Shown here piece by piece: positions 20,326-28,626 of a DNA stretch of 64,000 nt (position 1 is its first letter; the number at the start of each line of letters is the position of its first letter). The stretch is from an uncultured Gammaproteobacteria bacterium. Its GTDB lineage: Bacteria > Pseudomonadota > Gammaproteobacteria > Magnimaribacterales > TMED112. A program made the translations under genes and the position numbers. The stretch lies in assembly GCA_964575305.1 (NCBI GenBank), contig CAZNPG010000002.1, positions 18,026-82,025 on the forward strand, in the 5' to 3' direction. The notes under the pieces were generated by a model. It was not told where the DNA came from and searched no databases. It was given only the letters and a program-made list of their open reading frames with translations.

Positions 20326-21391
20326 GCTTAAAAAATTATTTTATTGTTTTTTATCTATTTTAATTATAACTAGTTGCTCGACAGCACCTAAAGAAAGTTC
20401 AATAAATTCTAAAATTATTGAAAAGACAGACAATAGTAAATTTGATGGAGTAACAGAACTCGGTGATTATTTTGAGCAAATCTATTATCAAAAAAAATTT
20501 ATCGTAGCTGCACCAGACCACAAAAAATTTGCTGAGTTTAATAGCTATTTCCAGTTAGGAATTCTTGCAGCAAAAGAAAAATATAAGATCAAGAATGAAG
20601 TAAGTTTTGTTAAACAAGATGATCTGGATCTTAGTGAAGCAAATAAGAATTTTTTGATAGGGCCTCTAAGCAAAGAAATTGTTTCAAGAATAGATGGTTT
20701 ACTATTATCTGATAAAGCTCTTCTACTAAATGATTCGGAAAAGAATTTTTCTATTTCTCTAAGCCAAAAATCTCAAAACAGAGCGTTAAATAAATATCTT
20801 AAAGATAAAGATATTAAAAGAATTGGGTTTATTAAGGATACGCAAAGCACAGTTAAAAGCAGCAACTCCTTTAGGAGTTTATGGTTTAGCAATGAAAAGG
20901 ATGCAATTACTATTGAAGTTGGTAAAGACCCATCGAAAAGAATTGAAAATTTTTTAGATGTCACTGAAAGCAGGGAAAGATTCAATCTCATTGACAAAGC
21001 TAGTTTCTCTAAAGTTGAATTTGTACCTAGAACAAGAGGAGATTTTGAGCAAATCGTTATCTTTCCTAAAAATCTTACACGGCTTTATGAAATAGCATCT
21101 CTCGTAAGATTTAATTATGGGCTCAATTATGAAATTTTTTCTTTTACATCAGATTTCAACCAAAAGATTGATAGCAATGAAATATCATTGCATAACATCA
21201 CACTAATTGATCACAGTTATGAAAATAAATATAGTTTTGATTTGCCAAAGAGTAGAAGCTTTTGCCTTGGTTTTGATGCAATGCTTCTAAGTTATGCTAT
21301 TGCCAATAATATTAAAGGCGAGATAAGAGGCTTGCTTGGCATCTATGAAATCAATGAAAATGAATTGACCTCAAGGTCTTATCTTAATTAA
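20324..21391 (+). CDS. lpoA: Lipoprotein, probable LpoA-like PBP1A activator (short, 355 aa)
   Basis: It has a signal peptide with a lipobox (LIITSC). The divergent rsmI/lpoA (yraL/yraM) synteny is conserved. No family motif could be verified by eye. Confidence 0.5.
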   Translation: MLKKLFYCFLSILIITSCSTAPKESSINSKIIEKTDNSKFDGVTELGDYFEQIYYQKKFIVAAPDHKKFAEFNSYFQLGILAAKEKYKIKNEVSFVKQDDLDLSEANKNFLIGPLSKEIVSRIDGLLLSDKALLLNDSEKNFSISLSQKSQNRALNKYLKDKDIKRIGFIKDTQSTVKSSNSFRSLWFSNEKDAITIEVGKDPSKRIENFLDVTESRERFNLIDKASFSKVEFVPRTRGDFEQIVIFPKNLTRLYEIASLVRFNYGLNYEIFSFTSDFNQKIDSNEISLHNITLIDHSYENKYSFDLPKSRSFCLGFDAMLLSYAIANNIKGEIRGLLGIYEINENELTSRSYLN

Positions 21392-22004
21392 AAGAATATT
21401 TGAGATCTCTTTCAGAGTCTGTTAACGATAAATCAAAACTTGGTCTAGAAAATAATTTTTCTTGATAAGCACTTAAACTAGCAAATGACTTTGTATTAGG
21501 AAGACTTACACCTAGATAAGGCAACCTATAAAGAATTGCTGACATATAGCAATCTACAAGAGTAAATTCATCGCTCATAAAGTACGGCTTTTCTTTTAAC
21601 ACTAAGACAATACCTGAAACTAAGTTTACAAGTTCTTTTTTCAGCGCATTAAATTCTTTTTGACTAATTTTTGGGCTCATCATTTTATCTATTACTGGTA
21701 GCCAATCTTTTTCAATGCGGTGGATTAAGAGCCTACACTCTGCTTTGTCATTTGGGTAAATTGGTAATAATGGTGGATGAGGGAACCTTTCATCAAGATA
21801 TTCTAAAATAACCCTTGGCTCATAAATTGTAACTTCTCTATCAACTAAAACTGGTAACTTGTTATATGGATTTATGCTTGGCAACTCCTCTGGAAGTTTA
21901 CCTGCTGGATCAAATTCTTTAATTTCACAAGCAATATCTTTCTCTGCAAGCACTAGTCTTACCATATGGCTGTAATGCCCTTTTTCTTCTGAATAAAATA
22001 TCAT
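21384..22004 (-). CDS. sspA: Stringent starvation protein A (GST-like)
   Basis: 206 aa. YSHMVRLVLAEKDI...INPYNKLPVLVDREVTIYEPRVILEYLDERFPHPPLLP aligns closely with E. coli SspA. It lies downstream of petABC, as in Pseudomonas. Confidence 0.9.
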   Translation of the reverse strand: MIFYSEEKGHYSHMVRLVLAEKDIACEIKEFDPAGKLPEELPSINPYNKLPVLVDREVTIYEPRVILEYLDERFPHPPLLPIYPNDKAECRLLIHRIEKDWLPVIDKMMSPKISQKEFNALKKELVNLVSGIVLVLKEKPYFMSDEFTLVDCYMSAILYRLPYLGVSLPNTKSFASLSAYQEKLFSRPSFDLSLTDSERDLKYSFN

Positions 22005-22699
22005 TTAAGCTCCTTTGCGTATTCTCTATATAGAAGGTTCATTACAGCAGTAAAAACAATAAAGAATAAAATAACGAAAATTCCATTTTTTTCTCTAGTT
22101 ATTCTTGCTGGCTCACTGGCATATGCCAAGAAATTAACTAAATCTCTCATAGAATCGTCAAACTCTTCTCTGGTCATTGAACCTTCAGACACTTTTACAA
22201 TGTTACCATCTATGTCAAGTGCTTGATTGCCTTGAAGACCAGCAAGTACATTTGGCATTGATGTACCAACATAGACAAGGTTATTTGAACCAGAGGTTTG
22301 AGAAGAGTCTTCATAGAATGTTCTTAAATATGTATAGATCCAATCATCCCCTCTGACTCTAGTTCTTAAAGTAAGATCAGGAGCTCCAATAGGTGATTTA
22401 TCTGGTATGCCGAATGTCATATGATCAGCAATTTTTGTGTCAGGAGTTCTTATAAGATCTTCAGTAATTATGTTTTCAGGAATAACTAAATCTTTTTGTA
22501 ATCTATTCCATCTGAGTAATTTCAAAGAGTGGCAGCTTGAACAATAATTCATGTATAGACCAAGCCCCCTCTGCAAAGAATATGTATCATGTACATCTGA
22601 AGAGAAGTCATCACATTCTTCTAAGCTTCCGCACGCGTTTTCACCGGCAGAAAAACTATAACCACTCAAAAGAAAGAGAATTAAATATAATTTCTTCAT
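22001..22699 (-). CDS. petC: Cytochrome c1 of the bc1 complex
   Basis: 232 aa. It has a signal peptide, the heme motif CSSCHS and a C-terminal TM anchor. It lies after cytochrome b. Confidence 0.85.
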   Translation of the reverse strand: MKKLYLILFLLSGYSFSAGENACGSLEECDDFSSDVHDTYSLQRGLGLYMNYCSSCHSLKLLRWNRLQKDLVIPENIITEDLIRTPDTKIADHMTFGIPDKSPIGAPDLTLRTRVRGDDWIYTYLRTFYEDSSQTSGSNNLVYVGTSMPNVLAGLQGNQALDIDGNIVKVSEGSMTREEFDDSMRDLVNFLAYASEPARITREKNGIFVILFFIVFTAVMNLLYREYAKELK

Positions 22700-23940
22700 A
22701 ATCTGTCTGGCACTTCCAGTGTTTTTTCGTATTTAGTATATATAGGCATGAGGATAAATGGAGCAAAATAAAATACAGTGCATATTTGAGCTATCAAAGT
22801 TCTAAGCTCATTTACTGGCTTTGTTCCAAGATAACCTAAAGTTATGAATGAAGCTGCAAATAAGATCATAGCAATTTTACTATATATGCCTTTGTAACGT
22901 ATGCTCTGAACATTTGATCTATCGAGCCATGGGACTACAAATAAGATTGCAATACTTGCTGCAAAAATTATAAAACCTAAAAATTTACTGGTAATACCAA
23001 GAAATGGTATTCCAAATGTAACTGCTCTTAATATTGAATAGAAAGGAGCATAATACCAAACAGGTGCAATGTGCTCTGGAGTTTTGAGAAAATTGGCTTC
23101 CTCGAAGTTAGGTTTTTCAATAAAGTATCCGCCTCCTGTAGGAGCAAAAAATACTATTGCAAAGAAAACTATAAAAAATACTCCTATTGCAGGTAAAGCA
23201 CCAAAAGTCTTATAAGGGTGAAATGGCGCACCATCTAATGGCATACCTTTAGCATCTCTGTATTTTTCAATATCTACACCTTCAGGATTTCCTGCGCCAA
23301 CTTCATGTAAAGCAAAAATATGAAAAACAACTAAAGCTATCATCAATAGTGGAACGACAACAACATGTAAGGCAAAAAACCTAGACAACGTTATGCCAGA
23401 TAATACAAAGTCCCCTTGTATCCAAACCTGAAGGTCTGGTCCAATGAATGGAATTGCACCAAAAAGAGATAAAATTACATTTGCTGCCCAATATGACATC
23501 TGACCCCATGGCAAGACATAACCCAAGAATCCTTCTGCCATTAGCAGGAAAAGCAAGAAACAACCAAATAACCAAACAAGTTCTTTTGGTTTCTGATAAG
23601 AACCATATAAGAGCCCTCTAAACATGTGGAAATACATCAAGAAAAAGAATGCACTAGCTCCTGTGCTATGCATGTATCTCATCAACCATCCATATTCAAC
23701 ATCTCTCATAATATATTCAACGCTAGCAAAAGCACCTTCTTCAGTATTGGTGTAAAACATCATTAACCAGATACCTGTTATTACTTGAACCATAAACACA
23801 ACCATCAAAAGAGCACCAAAGAGATAAAAAAAGTTAACTTTTTTTGGCACTGGATGTTTAGTTAAATGTCGTTCTAGGTTTTCTGTTACAGGCAGCCTTC
23901 TATCAAGCCATCCCATTATGGTATTTTTTTCTGTAGCCAT
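22696..23940 (-). CDS. petB: Cytochrome b of the bc1 complex
   Basis: 414 aa and polytopic. It has motifs such as WGQMSYWAANVI and PEHIAPVWYYAPFY. Confidence 0.95.
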   Translation of the reverse strand: MATEKNTIMGWLDRRLPVTENLERHLTKHPVPKKVNFFYLFGALLMVVFMVQVITGIWLMMFYTNTEEGAFASVEYIMRDVEYGWLMRYMHSTGASAFFFLMYFHMFRGLLYGSYQKPKELVWLFGCFLLFLLMAEGFLGYVLPWGQMSYWAANVILSLFGAIPFIGPDLQVWIQGDFVLSGITLSRFFALHVVVVPLLMIALVVFHIFALHEVGAGNPEGVDIEKYRDAKGMPLDGAPFHPYKTFGALPAIGVFFIVFFAIVFFAPTGGGYFIEKPNFEEANFLKTPEHIAPVWYYAPFYSILRAVTFGIPFLGITSKFLGFIIFAASIAILFVVPWLDRSNVQSIRYKGIYSKIAMILFAASFITLGYLGTKPVNELRTLIAQICTVFYFAPFILMPIYTKYEKTLEVPDRL

Positions 23941-24740
23941 TACGCAGGTTCTCCGATAATTAATGTATCACCATCAAAAGAATGTGGTGGTACCTCTAGG
24001 TTGATTGGTGCAGGAACTCCCTTGTAGACTCTTCCAGCAAGGTCAAACTTTGAACCATGACAAGGACAGAAAAAACCGCCTAACCATTCTTCATCCCATG
24101 CTTTGGGTTCTATTTCAGGGTGATATTTAGGTGCACAAGATAGGTGAGTGCAAACTCCTTTTAAAACTGTATATTTTTCATTAGAAGATCTAGCTACACC
24201 TTCAGAAAGTGCAGGATCTGTAACCCTATCATTTAATTTGGGAAGATTTTCTAATGCTTTCTGGGTTTGATGAACAACAAAAATTGGTGTTCTTCTCCAT
24301 TCAACAACAGCCATTGCTCCAGGATCAAGTTTTGAGAGATCAAATTTAACAGATGCACCAAGAGCTTTTGCTTTTTCACTTGGATTCCATGCGCTCAAAA
24401 AAGGAACCGCAAAACCTGTTACAGTTACAGCTCCCATCAAGCCTGATGTAATCATTAGTGCTTTTCTTCTAGTGCTATCAACTTTGTGATTATTTGATAG
24501 ATTAGAATCAAGTTCTGTTGAAATTTTATCTTCTGCTGTTATCTCACCTGTATACAATTCATTTTTCCATTGAAACAGAAGCCTTTCTGCTTCCTTTTTA
24601 TCTGTTGTTTTGAGACTCTTTTTGTGAATTTCTCCATCGATATTTAAATATCCCCAATAAAAAGGTGATTTGTCTCTGGTATATAGAGACATTCCATCGA
24701 GAATATGAATGTGTTTTTTCCCTTGCTTATTTTTTGACAT
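23940..24740 (-). CDS. petA: Ubiquinol-cytochrome c reductase Rieske Fe-S subunit with an unusual N-terminal extension
   Basis: It has the Rieske boxes CTHLSC and CPCHGS and the twin-arginine motif STRRKAL at aa 89-95. The ORF from ATG 24740 is 266 aa, against about 197 aa for the Pseudomonas protein as I recall it. An alternative TTG start lies at 24557. Confidence 0.9.
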   Translation of the reverse strand: MSKNKQGKKHIHILDGMSLYTRDKSPFYWGYLNIDGEIHKKSLKTTDKKEAERLLFQWKNELYTGEITAEDKISTELDSNLSNNHKVDSTRRKALMITSGLMGAVTVTGFAVPFLSAWNPSEKAKALGASVKFDLSKLDPGAMAVVEWRRTPIFVVHQTQKALENLPKLNDRVTDPALSEGVARSSNEKYTVLKGVCTHLSCAPKYHPEIEPKAWDEEWLGGFFCPCHGSKFDLAGRVYKGVPAPINLEVPPHSFDGDTLIIGEPA

Positions 24741-24766
24741 TTTGAACAGTTGGTTAGGTGTTCAAA
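24741..24766 (-). promoter_or_regulatory. Inverted repeat TTTGAACA-N10-TGTTCAAA abutting the petA start codon
   Basis: Perfect 8-bp arms lie at 24741-24748 and 24759-24766. In the mRNA the hairpin ends at the base preceding the AUG. The same 8-mer pair recurs at 24879-24916. Confidence 0.3.
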
Positions 24767-24878
24767 TTAGTGTGAATCCTATCCAATATATTCCTCTTAA
24801 ATCTTTATGATCAGTATTATATATAGATTAATCCTAAAATAAAAAGCTTTTTAAAAAATAATCTTTAAAAATAATAAT

Positions 24879-24916
24879 TTTGAACAAAAATTATAGTAAA
24901 TTTGAAGGTGTTCAAA
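24879..24916 (-). terminator. Terminator-like inverted repeat after rpsI (TTTGAACA-N22-TGTTCAAA, with nested UUUGAAcaccUUCAAA)
   Basis: It starts 8 nt after the rpsI stop. On the minus strand a U-rich tract follows (AUUAUUAUUUUU). The stem is AU-rich and weak, so its function is uncertain. Confidence 0.3.
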
Positions 24917-24923
24917 GACAGAT

Positions 24924-25304
24924 TTATCTTTTAGAAAATTGTGGGCTCTTTCTTGCTTTCTTAAGACCAACTTTCTTTCTTTCTTTTACTCTTGAATCTC
25001 TTGTTAAATACCCAGCTTTTTTCAATTCTGCCCTGAGTTCTGGATCTTCTTCCAAAAGAGCTTTGGATATAGCTAGCCTTATAGCTCCAGCTTGCCCAAA
25101 AGAACCTCCACCTTGTACTTTTGCATCTACATCATATGCTTCTGCATTCTTGGTTAATACTAATGGTTGTCTAACAATCATTTTGGCTACGTCTCTACCA
25201 AAATATTCATCAATACTTTTTTTGTTTACAGTTACGACACCAGTTCCCTTTGTTAATCTAACTACTGCTGTTGCTTCTTTTCTTCTGCCAGAAATAGTAT
25301 TCAT
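24924..25304 (-). CDS. rpsI: 30S ribosomal protein S9
   Basis: 126 aa. It has [19 protein letters not shown] and the C-terminus [11 protein letters not shown], typical of S9. Confidence 0.95.
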   Translation of the reverse strand: MNTISGRRKEATAVVRLTKGTGVVTVNKKSIDEYFGRDVAKMIVRQPLVLTKNAEAYDVDAKVQGGGSFGQAGAIRLAISKALLEEDPELRAELKKAGYLTRDSRVKERKKVGLKKARKSPQFSKR

Positions 25305-25729
25305 TATTTTATCTCCTCAGGATTTTGAGCTTCATGAGGGTGAACCTCATCGTTATATACTTTTAATTTTTTAATTATTTGTCTATTTAATCTGTTTTTT
25401 GGCAGCATTCCTTTAACAGCATCTCTTATTACTTTTTCTGGGTTCTTATCCATTTGGTCTTGAAATGATATTTGTTTAATCCCACCAGGGAACCCTGAGT
25501 GTCTGTAATATATTTTATCGGTAGCTTTTTTTCCTGTTACTTCTATGTTTTTTGCATTAAGTAGAATCACAAAATCACCAACATCTGAGTTTGGCGTATA
25601 TTCTGGTTTATTTTTTCCTCTTAATATATTTGCTACTTGCACAGATAATCTGCCAAGTTTTTTACCGGTACAGTCTACTATGTACCACTTTTGCTCAATA
25701 TCTTGAGTTCTTAATGCTGTTGTTTTCAT
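25304..25729 (-). CDS. rplM: 50S ribosomal protein L13
   Basis: 141 aa. [33 protein letters not shown] matches the L13 N-terminus. It overlaps rpsI by 1 nt. Confidence 0.95.
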   Translation of the reverse strand: MKTTALRTQDIEQKWYIVDCTGKKLGRLSVQVANILRGKNKPEYTPNSDVGDFVILLNAKNIEVTGKKATDKIYYRHSGFPGGIKQISFQDQMDKNPEKVIRDAVKGMLPKNRLNRQIIKKLKVYNDEVHPHEAQNPEEIK

Positions 25730-25784
25730 GTAATGCTCAAAGTTGACCCGCTATATATTAATATATTGGTAAGGGATTTGAAAC

Positions 25785-26753
25785 ATGAAAAACCTGTTTT
25801 TATTAATATTATTTTTTGGCATATTTTTTGGTGCACAGTTTGTTTATTTCGAAAATCGATTATCAGATCAAAAAGAAATAAATTTTGATGATGTCTCAGC
25901 TTCTATTGTCACAATTGAATCTATTAACAATAGAGGTAAAAGTTTTGGTTCAGGGGTAATTATTTCAGATGATGGCTATATCATTACAGCATTCCATGTG
26001 CTTTCTGGAAATCTAAGTACAGTTAAAATTTCGGGCAAATCATATTTAGCTAACCTTATAGGCTTTGATGAGTATGCAGATCTGGCAGTTCTAAAAATTA
26101 ATGAACAAGATTTAAAGCATATAGAGTTCTCAGATGAGGAGGAATTAAAAATTGGACAAACAGTATATGCAATTGGAAATCCTTATAACCTTGGTACTTC
26201 TGTCTCAAGGGGAATATTAAGTGCAACAGGTAGGAATTTTGGTAACCCTTATCTAGACATCATTCAAACAGATGCTGCAATAAATAAAGGAAACTCCGGA
26301 GGTGCTTTAATTAATAGTAATGGTGAACTTATTGGATTGAGCACACTTATTGCATCTGCTTCAGGAGGTTCTGATGGTGTAGGTTTTGCACTGCCATCTG
26401 AAAAAGTTTTATCCATAACCAATGAAATCATTAAGTATGGAAAAGTTAACAGAGCTTGGCTTGGAGACTTCACTTTCAGAAGAGGATTTTTTACACCACT
26501 TAATAGTGCAAGTAGAATCCCAGCTTTATATGTTGTGGAGCTAAATAATAGCTCTAAATTTACTGATGGGCTCCAAGATGGTGACATAATTATTGGTATT
26601 AAAGGGGCGGAAGCTAGGTGGAATATTTTGCTAGCTTCAGTTAATAGTGTAAGTCCTGGAGAAGTTCTTGAACTGAAGGTTATCAGATCTGATGAGCAAT
26701 TAGATTTGAAGCTTGTAACAAAAGAAAGACCTAATACACCACAGGCTCTCTAA
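25785..26753 (+). CDS. HtrA-family periplasmic serine endoprotease, DegS/AlgW-like (one PDZ)
   Basis: 322 aa. It has an N-terminal TM, a trypsin-fold triad context (ITAFHVL, DLAVLKI, GNSGGALIN) and a C-terminal PDZ-like region. Confidence 0.8.
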   Translation: MKNLFLLILFFGIFFGAQFVYFENRLSDQKEINFDDVSASIVTIESINNRGKSFGSGVIISDDGYIITAFHVLSGNLSTVKISGKSYLANLIGFDEYADLAVLKINEQDLKHIEFSDEEELKIGQTVYAIGNPYNLGTSVSRGILSATGRNFGNPYLDIIQTDAAINKGNSGGALINSNGELIGLSTLIASASGGSDGVGFALPSEKVLSITNEIIKYGKVNRAWLGDFTFRRGFFTPLNSASRIPALYVVELNNSSKFTDGLQDGDIIIGIKGAEARWNILLASVNSVSPGEVLELKVIRSDEQLDLKLVTKERPNTPQAL

Positions 26754-27996
26754 TAATTTCAGCTCCCAATTTATTTAGCTTTTCTTCAATACACTCATAA
26801 CCTCTATCAATGTGATAAATATCATCTATTTGTGTTTTATTTTTTCCAACTAAGCCTGCAAGAACCAAACTAGCTGATGCTCTCAAGTCAGACGCACTCA
26901 CATTAGCTCCAACTAGATTAGACACTCCTGAAATCAATGCTTTATTGTTATTTAAAGATATATCAGCTCCCATTTTTTTTAATTGACTAACATGCTGAAA
27001 TCTATTCTCAAATACTGTTTCCTCAATGACACAACTTCCTGATGCTATAGAATTTAACGTCATAAATTGTGCTTGCATATCAGTCGGAAAACCTGGGAAT
27101 GGTTCAGTAAAAATATCTTGTGCTTTGATATCTGATGAAGTTGCATCAACTTCAACATAATCTTCTCCAATATCTACTTTAACGCCCATACTAATGAGCT
27201 TTTGGCTAATAATATCAATAGTATTCGGATTAATTTTGTTAACTTTTACATGTCCATTTGTAATTGCACCTGCAACTAGATAAGTACCCGCTTCTATTCT
27301 GTCAAATAATACATTCCATCTATTTGCTTTAAGATTTGATACACCTGTTATAGAAATATTAGATTCACCGGCTCCCTCAATCTTTGCTCCACAGCTATTT
27401 AAATAATTTGCTAATTCAACAACTTCTGGCTCCTTCGCACAATTGCGTAAAACTGTTACACCATCTATAAGTGTAGCTGCCATCATTAAGTTTTCTGTCC
27501 CAGTTACTGAAACCTTTGGGAAATCAAAATCAATTGGATTAAGTTTATTTGCTTCTAGATAAATGTATTTAGAATCAGAGGTAATCTTAGCACCCATCTG
27601 TTCAAGACCAGCTAGGTGAAAGTCAATTGGTCTTGTGCCAATATCACAACCGCCTGGTTGAGAAATTTTAGCTTTTCCGTATTTAGCTACTAATGGCCCC
27701 ATCACTAATATTGAAGCTCTCATTGTTTTAACCAGTTCATACCTTGCTTCCGGTAGAATGATATTAGATGAATTAATTTCAATGAAACCATCCTCATGGA
27801 AATTAATGTTTGATCCCATTGAATTAAGTAATTCAAGCTTTGTAGTAATGTCTTGAAGATGGGGTAAATTTCCTATAAAAGCAGAGTCATCTAATAAGAT
27901 TGTAGAGGCTAATATTGGAAGGCCAGCATTTTTTGCTCCAGAGCAATCAATTTCACCAGATAGATGATTGCCTCCCTTAATTATTAATCTTTCCAT
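26731..27996 (-). CDS. murA: UDP-N-acetylglucosamine 1-carboxyvinyltransferase
   Basis: 421 aa. It has SGAKNAGLPILAST and the catalytic-Cys loop QPGGCDIGTRPID. Confidence 0.95.
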   Translation of the reverse strand: MERLIIKGGNHLSGEIDCSGAKNAGLPILASTILLDDSAFIGNLPHLQDITTKLELLNSMGSNINFHEDGFIEINSSNIILPEARYELVKTMRASILVMGPLVAKYGKAKISQPGGCDIGTRPIDFHLAGLEQMGAKITSDSKYIYLEANKLNPIDFDFPKVSVTGTENLMMAATLIDGVTVLRNCAKEPEVVELANYLNSCGAKIEGAGESNISITGVSNLKANRWNVLFDRIEAGTYLVAGAITNGHVKVNKINPNTIDIISQKLISMGVKVDIGEDYVEVDATSSDIKAQDIFTEPFPGFPTDMQAQFMTLNSIASGSCVIEETVFENRFQHVSQLKKMGADISLNNNKALISGVSNLVGANVSASDLRASASLVLAGLVGKNKTQIDDIYHIDRGYECIEEKLNKLGAEIIREPVVY

Positions 27997-28001
27997 TTAT
28001 T

Positions 28002-28607
28002 TTAAAAAGTTGTGGGCTTCCAAGATTCTATAGCATCATCAAGATTAGAGTTATTTTCTATATAAGCATCTTGGAATTGGTTTCTAAATGTTAAACCCAA
28101 GTTTATTCCATCAATAATTATATTTACTATTCGATAATCTCCAAGATTATTCTTATAAACAGTAAATTTTGTTACAAAAGAGCTCGAATCAGAATAGAAA
28201 TTCATTGAAACTTCAAAAGTCTTTTTATTCACTTTTATATCCTCATCAGTTTCTATTTGATAGTTATCAAATTCTAAAAGTGTTGTTACATATGTATCCA
28301 AAAGTAGTTTCTTTGTTCTTTCTTCGAATAATTTTTTTTGCTCTTCCGTGGCTGAAGCATAAATTTTTGATGAAAGAATTAATCTTGAAACCACTTTTAC
28401 ATCAACCATTGGCTCCCAAATTGCTTTTAACCTATCTTTGAATGCTTCTGGATCTTCATCATATTTTGAACCTTCTTCCTTTATTATTGTCAAAAAGTAC
28501 TGACCATTAGAGTCTATAAATTTATAAAGTTCAGGAATTTTATCTGCATTAATAAATTGAGATAAAAGAAGAACAAATAAAATTTTTGATGAAAAAAATC
28601 GTATCAT
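28002..28607 (-). CDS. mlaC: Periplasmic phospholipid-binding protein MlaC/Ttg2D family
   Basis: I prefer the internal ATG at 28607 (MIRFFSSKILFVLLLSQFINA is a signal peptide). The longer track ORF would overlap kdsD by 200 nt. The pattern SRLILSSKIYASATEEQKKLFEERTKKLLLDTYVTTL resembles the MlaC core. It sits between murA and kdsD, as the mla operon does in E. coli and Pseudomonas. Confidence 0.7.
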   Translation of the reverse strand: MIRFFSSKILFVLLLSQFINADKIPELYKFIDSNGQYFLTIIKEEGSKYDEDPEAFKDRLKAIWEPMVDVKVVSRLILSSKIYASATEEQKKLFEERTKKLLLDTYVTTLLEFDNYQIETDEDIKVNKKTFEVSMNFYSDSSSFVTKFTVYKNNLGDYRIVNIIIDGINLGLTFRNQFQDAYIENNSNLDDAIESWKPTTF

Positions 28608-28626
28608 GTGTAGATTATAGTTTGAA

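Noticed and set aside
24767-24878. The central part of the rpsI-petA spacer, considered as a possible small RNA. It includes a 10-codon uORF (TTG GAT AGG ATT CAC ACT AAT TTG AAC ACC TAA) downstream of AAGAGGA.
   Set aside because: I found no conserved RNA motif (not 4.5S, 6S or tmRNA-like). The uORF is short, starts with TTG and could easily arise by chance. It is kept only as context for the inverted-repeat finding.
24880-25374. A 164-aa plus-strand ORF. Many similar 60-140-aa ORFs lie opposite annotated genes, e.g. 425-616, 2955-3239, 10796-11104, 26264-26587, 28986-29393, 31346-31657, 36935-37240, 50341-50763, 51031-51372, 53268-53606, 62128-62406 and 63595-63873.
   Set aside because: They lie antisense to, or out of frame within, strongly supported conserved genes (here rpsI/rplM). 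Their composition is low-complexity and Ser/Leu/Phe-rich, typical of shadow ORFs. None shows any recognisable motif.
25730-25784. An AT palindrome (ATATATTAATATAT) in the rplM/degS-like divergent spacer.
   Set aside because: It is made purely of A and T in a very AT-rich genome. Such palindromes are expected by chance, and it more likely just reflects overlapping -10-like sequences.
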